Shown: one piece after another, positions 20,443-27,151 of the stretch
Numbering within the stretch: the first letter of the stretch is position 1
Layout: each line of letters starts with the position of its first letter
Program-made: the position numbers and the translations under genes
The notes under the pieces: model-generated
What the model saw: the letters and a program-made list of their open reading frames with translations, nothing else
What the model was told of the DNA's origin: nothing
Database searches by the model: none
NCBI GenBank assembly: GCA_049510745.1
Contig: JBEKYR010000001.1
Coordinates: forward strand, 255,920 to 319,919
Source of the DNA: Verrucomicrobiota bacterium
GTDB taxonomy: Bacteria > Verrucomicrobiota > Verrucomicrobiia > Limisphaerales > Palsa-1400
Length of the DNA: 64,000 bases
Reading direction: 5' to 3'

Positions 20443-22002
20443 ATGAACACTCGGACCGCTCGCACCGGCTCAATCGCCGATCTCGTCCGCCCGTTGCTGG
20501 CCTGCCTGCTGCTGATCGGGCCGGCGGCGCGGGCCGGAATCGTCATCACCAATTTCACCGGAACGAATGTGATCCGCATTCTGCCCGCCGGCGATTCGAT
20601 CACCGATGACTGCGAGGTCGTGGGCGCGTGGCGGAAACCGCTCCAGCCGCTGCTCGACAGCAATCACATCCCCTTCATCTTCATCGGCCGCAACGTTTCC
20701 TCCCCGACCCTGCCCTATTTCACCAAGACCAAACACGAAGGCTACTGTGGCGCTGTCGTCGCTCCTCCGGGCGTGTTCGGGGCTTACTCTTACGCGCAAG
20801 CAAACAATTACACCGAGAAGACCCTTTCCGATGCCTTGAAGACCACGGTCGTCACCAACCCAAACATCGTCCTCGTGTTGATCGGCGCCAACGACATCGG
20901 CCGCGGGCGCGATCCCTACCACACGGCCTACATCGACATGACCAACCTGCTCAACATCATCCTCACAAACGTCCCTGCCGCGAATGTCATTTTCACGAAG
21001 ATTACCTCGCTCAGCAATGCCAGCCTCGGCTACGCCACGTATTCGACCAATGTCCCGATCTACAACAACGCCCTCGAACAGATGGTCAACCAGAAGCGGG
21101 CCGAGGGCCTGAATGTCACCCTGGCTGACATGTTTTCGGTCAACCCCTATGGGACCGCTTTCTACCTGAGCGATCATCTCCATGCCAACGCAGCGGGCTT
21201 GACCAATATCGCCAGGGAATGGTTCACGCGCATCCAAACCCTCATCACCGGCACCAACCAGATCACCGCCGCCCTCATCAGCGCAGGCGCGACCTGGTCG
21301 TATTCCGACACCGGGACCGATCTGGGCACCAACTGGACGCAACCTTTCTACGACGACAGCGCTTGGGCCAGCGCGCCGGCGCGATTCGGTTACGGCGAGC
21401 CGGTTCCCGAGACCCCGCTCAGCTTCGGGTCCAGCTCCACCAACGTCAACCCGACGACCTATTTCCGGACGAAGTTTGTCGTGCCGTGGAACGAAAATTT
21501 CACGAACCTCAATTTCCGCCTCTCGCAAACGGGCGGCGCGGTCGTCTGGCTCAACGGCGTCGAAGCCTACCGCACCAACCTCCCGGCCGGGCCAATCACC
21601 TATTCCACCCTCGCCACCGCGAACATCGGCAACGAAAACGAATACATCCTCTTCCCCACCAATCTGGCGCTGACGTTGCCGCCGGGAACCAACGTCATCG
21701 CGGTGGAAGTCCACCAAAGCGCTCTCACCAGACAGAACCTCGGCTTCGATTTCGAGTTGCTCGGGGGCGCCTTCGTGCTTCCCAACCCAACCCTCACGGC
21801 CTCCCTCGCCGGCAACAACATTTCCCTGACCTGGCCGCTGACCAACTGCAGCGCCTTCACTCTTTACTCTTCGGCCACGCTTGTTCCTCCAAACTGGCAG
21901 CCTTTCTCATCCAGTCTCTTCCAGACCAACAACGGCCAGATCACCGCCCCGATCACTCCCGGCCCCGGCTCCGCCTTCTTTCGACTCCAGCTTGGTCAAT
22001 AA
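20443..22002 (+). CDS. Secreted SGNH/GDSL hydrolase with beta-sandwich and Verrucomicrobia-type C-terminal domains
   Basis: GDSIT, IGANDI, DHLHAN; VIAVEVHQ; SAFFRLQ. Confidence 0.85.
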   Translation: MNTRTARTGSIADLVRPLLACLLLIGPAARAGIVITNFTGTNVIRILPAGDSITDDCEVVGAWRKPLQPLLDSNHIPFIFIGRNVSSPTLPYFTKTKHEGYCGAVVAPPGVFGAYSYAQANNYTEKTLSDALKTTVVTNPNIVLVLIGANDIGRGRDPYHTAYIDMTNLLNIILTNVPAANVIFTKITSLSNASLGYATYSTNVPIYNNALEQMVNQKRAEGLNVTLADMFSVNPYGTAFYLSDHLHANAAGLTNIAREWFTRIQTLITGTNQITAALISAGATWSYSDTGTDLGTNWTQPFYDDSAWASAPARFGYGEPVPETPLSFGSSSTNVNPTTYFRTKFVVPWNENFTNLNFRLSQTGGAVVWLNGVEAYRTNLPAGPITYSTLATANIGNENEYILFPTNLALTLPPGTNVIAVEVHQSALTRQNLGFDFELLGGAFVLPNPTLTASLAGNNISLTWPLTNCSAFTLYSSATLVPPNWQPFSSSLFQTNNGQITAPITPGPGSAFFRLQLGQ

Positions 22003-22110
22003 TTGCACCCCTGCGCGGAAATGATTTTTGGCGACCGGCGGCAGGCGCCATCCGTGTCAGTCCTCACTATTTGCTCTGACCGGCCGCGTAATCGTCCTCA
22101 CGGTTAATCC

Positions 22111-22284
22111 GCCTTCTCCAAAGGAGGGCAAAAACCGTATTGCCCTTGCGCCCCCGTTCGCCCAACACCCCCCCATGCTGGCGCGTGTCCTGTCCGCTGC
22201 GGTCAATGGCATCGAAGCCTTCCCCGTCGAGCTGGAGGTCAATTCCGGCTGGGGGATACGGTCATCGTGATTGTCGGCCTGCCC
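22111..22284 (+). pseudogene. comM: comM promoter plus 5' fragment 2 (to ~codon 37, -1 frameshift in G run)
   Basis: TTGCCC 22140, ATG 22175, MLARVLSAAVNGIEAFPVELEVNSGWG..VIVIVGLP. Confidence 0.93.
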
Positions 22285-22304
22285 GCGCTTTCACCAGCCT
22301 TCGT

Positions 22305-22622
22305 TCAAATCACGTCAATCAGATGAGTTGTCATATATATTTCTAGTTGATGGAAGCGAGACTTCAGGCCCTCTTTGAAGTCGCGGGAGAACTCCCGGTG
22401 TTCCACGAGGTCTTCGACATCAATAATGACACGCATTAAATCATCTGAATAGACGTCTTCCTCATGCCGCCAGCGCCCTCGAATGACCTGAGTTTCCCAC
22501 GAAACCGCGCCGAAATGATTCTCCAATTCAAGAAGCGTGTCGGCAATCAGGGCGTCAGGCACCGCTTGGCCGTCATTGAACCGCAGTGGCAGGAGTATCT
22601 CGTAACGACGTGAGGCGCTCAT
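22305..22622 (-). CDS. Small hypothetical protein, downstream gene of a TA-like pair
   Basis: MSASRRYEILLPLRFNDG...; overlaps the upstream partner. Confidence 0.7.
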   Translation of the reverse strand: MSASRRYEILLPLRFNDGQAVPDALIADTLLELENHFGAVSWETQVIRGRWRHEEDVYSDDLMRVIIDVEDLVEHREFSRDFKEGLKSRFHQLEIYMTTHLIDVI

Positions 22623-22794
22623 ACGTGGCAGGACCTTCGACGGTAAAATGGAAACTTTCCCCAGCAAGAGAGGCCAAAGCCGCTTCCGGCACCATCACCT
22701 CGCCCGTGGCCCAACTCTTGCCCGGGAAGCGTCTGGCGATGTAACCGAGCGCCCTTCGTTTGGATTCTTCATCGGCAAATCGTATGATGACCAT
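22573..22794 (-). CDS. Small hypothetical protein, upstream gene of a TA-like pair
   Basis: MVIIRFADEESKRRALGY...; preceded by TTGCCA-17-TATGCT-6-ATG (22801-22829). Confidence 0.7.
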   Translation of the reverse strand: MVIIRFADEESKRRALGYIARRFPGKSWATGEVMVPEAALASLAGESFHFTVEGPATYERLTSLRDTPATAVQ

Positions 22795-22845
22795 GATTGG
22801 AGCATAATGGCCTTTGCGAACTTTGGCAAGCCTGCGTGAACAACC

Positions 22846-23098
22846 CAAAACCGCATTGCCCTTGCGCCCGCCCCACGCGCAAGCGTCATCTTGACAATTT
22901 GTTCACTTGTCGCCCAACATTCCGTCCATGCTGGCGCCTGTCCTGTCCGCTGCCTTGTCCGCCATAGCGCCGGGAAGCGCGACGGCGGATGTCAACGGCA
23001 TCGAAGCCTTCCCCCGTCGAGGTGGAGGCGAGGAAATTGACATGGCGAAGGCCAAGGGGCAGGAATCCGTCAAGCGGGAGTTGGAGATCGCGGCAGGC
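22846..23098 (+). pseudogene. comM: comM promoter plus fragment 3 (5' end joined to codons ~190-212)
   Basis: ATG 22928; 36-bp insert; after VEVE it jumps to EEIDMAKAKGQESVKRELEIAAG, matching 25498-25570 (~500-bp deletion). Confidence 0.93.
22954..22989 (+). repeat. 36-bp REP-like hairpin element
   Basis: CTTG-TCCGCC ATA GCGC CGGGAA GCGC GAC GGCGGA. Confidence 0.8.
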
Positions 23099-23119
23099 AC
23101 AAAAAATGGCTTCTTTTGG

Positions 23120-23157
23120 TTTGCCATTTGGCATGGCAAATGGCATGGTTATTGGAA
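23120..23157 (+). promoter_or_regulatory. Promoter with overlapping palindromic operator
   Basis: TTGCCA-17-CATGGT-8-ATG; inverted repeats TTTGCCAT/ATGGCAAA and TGCCATTTG/CAAATGGCA. Confidence 0.65.
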
Positions 23158-23409
23158 ATGGAAGCCGTTATTACGATGGATAAATTTGGACGCATGGTTC
23201 TTCCCAGGCCAATGCGGAAGGCGCTGCAGATATCCCGGCCCGCCGCATTCAAGGCGGAGGTCATGGGCAACAAAGTGGAGCTTACTTTGGTCGCCCCGGA
23301 GCGAAGCGCGGTATTGAAAAAGCGGCGCGGTCTTCTAGTTGTTTCAACCGGCGGGCGAAAGTTTAACGCGGCTGAGGCGGTAAGCGCCATGCGCGAGGAG
23401 CGCTTCTGA
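23158..23409 (+). CDS. AbrB/MazE-fold antitoxin
   Basis: ITMDKFGRMVLPRPMRKAL, an AbrB-type N-terminus. Confidence 0.82.
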   Translation: MEAVITMDKFGRMVLPRPMRKALQISRPAAFKAEVMGNKVELTLVAPERSAVLKKRRGLLVVSTGGRKFNAAEAVSAMREERF

Positions 23410-23526
23410 TTACTGTTGCATTTACAGGCTGCGCGCCGGGGAGCTGCGAAACGCATTTTCACCATTAACGTCCGGCACTTTCAAATTTTCGCCCCTGACC
23501 TGAGAAGCATCATCTCGCTACCGTAG
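23410..23526 (+). pseudogene. PIN toxin, C-terminal remnant
   Basis: Manual translation LLLHLQAARRGAAKRIFTINVRHFQIFAPDLRSIISLP*; resembles the PIN T-x-N-x-R-H-F end; no N-terminus. Confidence 0.75.
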
Positions 23527-23552
23527 GCTCGGAACATTTTTCCACGCCTTGC

Positions 23553-23846
23553 GCAAAAACCGCATTGCCCTTGCGCCCGCCCCACGCGCGAGCGTCATCT
23601 TGACAATTTGTTCACTTGTCGCCCAACATCCCCTCATGCTGGCGCGTGTTTTGTCCGCTGCCTTGTCTGCCATCTTGTCCGCCAAAGCTCCGCCGGAAGC
23701 GGCGGCGGAAGCGCCGGGAAGCGCGACGGCGGAGGCCAACGGCATCGAAGCCTTCCCCGTCGAGGTGGAGGTCAATTCCGGCTGGGGGATACGACCGTGG
23801 TCATCGTCGGCTTTGCCGGATACGGCGGTAAAGAAATCGCGCGACC
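23553..23846 (+). pseudogene. comM: comM promoter plus 5' fragment 4 (to ~codon 46, compensating -1/+1 frameshifts)
   Basis: ATG 23636; 72-bp nested insert; ends ...LPDTAVKKSRD. Confidence 0.93.
23662..23733 (+). repeat. Nested pair of 36-bp REP-like elements
   Basis: Outer element CTTGTCTGCCAT|AGCGCC...GGCGGA is interrupted by an inner copy at 23674-23709. Confidence 0.8.
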
Positions 23847-23866
23847 AGGGCTTGATACGAAACCCA

Positions 23867-24097
23867 TCACGCCGTTTTCGATGAACGCCCCTTTGCCGGT
23901 TCCACGAGTTTGATTTGCTGCGCGTTGAGGATTTTGAAATGTCCTCCCTCGTCGTACAGCACGACCGTCTGGCGGTCGGGACTGACCATCAAATAATCAG
24001 TGTGGGCGACAACGAAGGATTGTTGGTTGCCCAAGACAATCCGAACCGGCTTAAATGGGTCGGCCTGCATCAATCCTTTGATCTCATCAGCAATCAT
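23867..24097 (-). CDS. Small PVC-type hypothetical protein (PFxPxRIxL motif)
   Basis: MIADEIKGLMQADPFKPVRIVL...; promoter TTGCCT-17-TATGTT-6-ATG (24104-24132). Confidence 0.75.
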   Translation of the reverse strand: MIADEIKGLMQADPFKPVRIVLGNQQSFVVAHTDYLMVSPDRQTVVLYDEGGHFKILNAQQIKLVEPAKGRSSKTA

Positions 24098-24172
24098 TGG
24101 CCGAACATAGTCGAGGATTGCGCGAAAGGCAATCTTCAAACCGCTGGATTTGCGCTGTTATGGGCATGGGCA

Positions 24173-24347
24173 CAAAAACCGCATTGCCCTTGCGCCCGCG
24201 TTGGCCCAACATCCCCCCATGCTGGCGCGTGTCCTGTCCGCTGCCTTGTCCGCCCTAGCGCCGAAAAGCGCGACGGCGGAGGTCAATGGAATCGAAGCCT
24301 TCCCCGTCGAGGTGGAGGTCAATACAGGCTGGGGTGACACAACCGTC
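24173..24347 (+). pseudogene. comM: comM promoter plus 5' fragment 5 (to codon 31)
   Basis: ATG 24219; 36-bp insert; ...NTGWGDTTV then diverges to ALITSISP. Confidence 0.93.
24245..24280 (+). repeat. 36-bp REP-like hairpin element
   Basis: CTTGTCCGCCCTAGCGCCGAAAAGCGCGACGGCGGA; removal restores GCT GCG GTC exactly. Confidence 0.85.
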
Positions 24348-24508
24348 GCACTAATTACGTCGATTTCGCCTATTTCATGTCCGCCGTTTCTCGTTCCGGA
24401 AATTCCCCGGTGTTACCCAGTTCAAAGTGAGGACTCCTGCGGACAGAACTTACTAAAGCTAGGCACCCAAGTCCCCCTCTGATATTTGAAAATACACAAG
24501 CCATCTTA

Positions 24509-24820
24509 ATGAGCCACATCGAACCAAAGCATATCCCGTTTGCTGTATCTCTGTTGCCATTCTTCGGCTTTGGTATTGCTCTCCCAGTCACGGTTCAAGA
24601 TTGGTATCACGGTCGGTTGATGCACGGAGATGGGATGGCCTTTTTGGTTGGATTGGTAATCGTTGCTGCGTGGGAGTGGGCGATTCTTCTGAGCGTCAAA
24701 TCGAAGAAAAGGCGAGGACAGGAGCGGCTCCTAGGACGAGAGCTTAGTTCATGGCATTGGGCGCCACCTGTTACTTTCGTGACAGGAGTCGGATGTGGTC
24801 TGATGTTTTTAGTCAGATGA
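24509..24820 (+). CDS. Small three-TM hypothetical membrane protein, lower GC
   Basis: Three hydrophobic segments; ATG start; fills the cassette. Confidence 0.55.
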   Translation: MSHIEPKHIPFAVSLLPFFGFGIALPVTVQDWYHGRLMHGDGMAFLVGLVIVAAWEWAILLSVKSKKRRGQERLLGRELSSWHWAPPVTFVTGVGCGLMFLVR

Positions 24821-24895
24821 GTCAGGGGTCGCTCCTTTGTCTGAAAAGGGGTCACTTTCCGTTCGGCCTTCCCCAAACGGGAGAAAAAATCCGCA

Positions 24896-24931
24896 TTGCC
24901 CTCGCGCCTTCATTCCCCCAACATCATGCCC
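24896..24931 (+). promoter_or_regulatory. Putative leaderless comM promoter
   Basis: TTGCCC-17-CAACAT-7-ATG; conserved with 17-nt spacing in fragments 2 and 5. Confidence 0.55.
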
Positions 24932-26458
24932 ATGCTCGCGCGTGTTCTGTCCGCTGCGGTCAATGGGATTGAAGCCTTCCCCGTCGAGGTGGAGGTCAAT
25001 TCCGGCTGGGGCGATACCACCGTCGTCATCGTCGGGTTGCCGGATACGGCGGTCAAGGAATCGCGCGACCGCGTCAGCACCGCCCTGACCAATTCCGGGT
25101 TCAAATTTCCCATGGGCCGGACCACCATCAACCTGGCCCCGGCGGATGTGCGCAAGGAGGGGCCGAGTTTCGATCTGCCCATCGCCATCGGGATGCTCGC
25201 AGCCAGCGACCAACTCATGTCCGATCTCACGGACCATTTCGTCATGGTGGGCGAACTGGCGTTGACCGGGCAGGTGCGGCCCGTCAAAGGCGTCCTGCCC
25301 GTCGCCTGGCGGGCGCGCGCGGAGAAAATGACCGGCGTTATCGTGCCGGTGGAAAACGCGGCCGAGGCGGCGGTGGTGGAAGGGTTGCAGGTCATCCCGG
25401 TGGAGAATTTGCGCCAGGCGGCCGGTTTTCTCGAAGGGGAAATCAAAATCGCGCCCACGCAAGTCGATCTGACCAAAGTTTTTGACCAGGCCTACGACGA
25501 AGAGATCGACATGGCGGAGGTCAAGGGCCAGGAATCGGTCAAGCGCGCTTTGGAAATCGCGGCGGCGGGCGGGCACAATTTGCTGCTCATTGGCCCGCCC
25601 GGCACCGGCAAATCCATGCTGGCCAAACGGCTGACCACCATTCTGCCCCCGTTGACGCTGGAGGAGGCTCTGGAGACAACCAAGATTCACAGCATTGTGG
25701 GACTGCTCAAACCCGGACAGGCGCTGGTCACGCGCCGTCCCTTCCGCACCCCGCATCACACCGCCAGCGACGCCGGGTTGCTGGGCGGCAACGTCAACCC
25801 GACTCCCGGCGAAATTTCCCTGGCCCATCACGGCGTGTTGTTCCTGGATGAATTGCCCGAATTCAAACGCGGCGTCCTCGAGACAATGCGCCAGCCGATC
25901 GAGGAAGGCCGCGTGACCATCTCGCGCGCGGCGGGCACCATGACCTTCCCAGCACAATTCATGTTGGTGGCAGCCATGAATCCAACGCCGGACGGAAAAA
26001 TGCCGGGAGAGTCTCGCAGCTCTCCTCGCGAGATTCAGAATTACTTGGGACGCATTTCTGGCCCGTTGCTCGACCGTATTGATTTGCATGTGGAAGTGCC
26101 GCAAGTGAAATTCCGCGAGATCAGCAGCGAACGGACGGGGGAAGATTCTGCCACCATCCGCGAGCGAGTGGTCGCGGCCCGAAGAAGGCAGCAGGCCCGT
26201 TTCGCCAACAAGCGTGCGGTGACCTGCAATGCCCGGATGGGACCGCGGGAATTGAAAAGCTATTGTGCGCTGGATGAGACGACCAAAGAACTGCTCAAGT
26301 TTGCCATGGCCGATCTCAATTTGAGCGCCCGAGCGTACGACCGTATCCTGAAAGTCGCCCGCACTATCGCCGATCTGGCTGGCTCCGAGAACATTGTCGG
26401 CGATCACATTGCCGAAGCGATCCAATATCGGTCCCTTGATCGCCAGTTCTGGACGTGA
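24932..26458 (+). CDS. comM: YifB/ComM Mg-chelatase-like AAA+ ATPase, intact
   Basis: IVGLPDTAVKESRDR, INLAPADVRKEGPSFDLPIA, GPPGTGKS, LFLDELPEF, GPLLDRID, SARAYDRILKVARTIAD. Confidence 0.97.
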   Translation: MLARVLSAAVNGIEAFPVEVEVNSGWGDTTVVIVGLPDTAVKESRDRVSTALTNSGFKFPMGRTTINLAPADVRKEGPSFDLPIAIGMLAASDQLMSDLTDHFVMVGELALTGQVRPVKGVLPVAWRARAEKMTGVIVPVENAAEAAVVEGLQVIPVENLRQAAGFLEGEIKIAPTQVDLTKVFDQAYDEEIDMAEVKGQESVKRALEIAAAGGHNLLLIGPPGTGKSMLAKRLTTILPPLTLEEALETTKIHSIVGLLKPGQALVTRRPFRTPHHTASDAGLLGGNVNPTPGEISLAHHGVLFLDELPEFKRGVLETMRQPIEEGRVTISRAAGTMTFPAQFMLVAAMNPTPDGKMPGESRSSPREIQNYLGRISGPLLDRIDLHVEVPQVKFREISSERTGEDSATIRERVVAARRRQQARFANKRAVTCNARMGPRELKSYCALDETTKELLKFAMADLNLSARAYDRILKVARTIADLAGSENIVGDHIAEAIQYRSLDRQFWT

Positions 26459-26474
26459 ACGACACCAGCCAGCG

Positions 26475-26731
26475 TCAGGCTGGGTTGACCGTGAAACTCT
26501 CCTGAGTCGGATCAAATCCAAGCAAAGCCACAACCCGCTCAAAGTGACTGGGATGTGGCTGGCACCGATTTGTCTCCCAGCCCCAAAGGGTTTTGACGCT
26601 CACCCCCAGTTCTTCGGCGCATTCCTTCCGGTTTTTCCTCAATTCCAGTCGCCGTTTCCTGATTCGTTGCCCCAGGGTGAGGGGAACTGCCGGTGCTAAA
26701 ATGGCAATGAATGGGGGTTCGTTGCCTTTGG
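26475..26731 (-). pseudogene. C-terminal half of a double-HTH (XRE) protein, paralogue of 57123-57662
   Basis: PKGNEPPFIAIL...RRLELRKNRKECAEELGVSVKTLWGWET aligns with 57215-57375. Confidence 0.85.
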
Positions 26732-27013
26732 ATGAAGACTAGGGAGTGTTGCCAGCGCGGCCAGAAGCGGAACAGGCTAACCCAAAGCAGTCGGTCAGCG
26801 GAGTGGAGTTTGGGTTTGAACGTCTGCCGTTTGAGCACGGCGAGTTGATGTGGGAGCGCCAGATTTTGAAGCACGAGCCGGGATTGGGATTGGAGTCCGG
26901 AGAGCAGGGAGCGGAGAAGCGCGAAGAAAATATCAAGCATGACGAGGCCGACTTTGGCCGATCTTATTGAAGAACCAACGTTTTCGAAGGATTATGGAGT
27001 TTTCGCTACCCAC
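26732..27013 (-). mobile_element. Truncated IS (integrase-core/IS481-like): left end plus transposase N-terminus
   Basis: Terminus TGTGGGTAGCGAAAACTCC at 27013; ...VLQNLALPHQLAVLKRQ..PKLHSADRLLWV..W; truncated at 26732. Confidence 0.7.
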
Positions 27014-27151
27014 AGCCTCAAAGGCTTGAGGGTCGAGACTCCCATGCGCGACGCCGACTTGGGAAGAATTTCAGGCGCTGTCCTAGCGTATCACGGCAGC
27101 GTCATCCACGAGGAGAATCCGGGGCGCTGCATGATTGGCGTCAGGATGGCG

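Noticed and set aside
20418..22318. Shared SLRSNHV / AGCCTTCG.TC.AA.CA.GTC match at ~20418 and ~22296
   Set aside because: About 20 bp with several mismatches and no further extension; probably chance.
22111..24931. CRISPR array or classical integron
   Set aside because: The repeats are 170-290 bp pieces of comM, the spacers are whole genes, and no cas genes, intI or attC-like sites are seen.
25970..26040. ComM lacks the CPCG zinc-binding cysteines (NPTPDG)
   Set aside because: The relics covering this region have the same Cys-free form, so it is a lineage variant rather than damage.
24809..26542. Long antisense/alternate-frame ORFs (e.g. 24809-26542, 50761-52668, 44348-45706, 14430-15680)
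   Set aside because: They are shadow ORFs of well-supported genes in GC-rich DNA.
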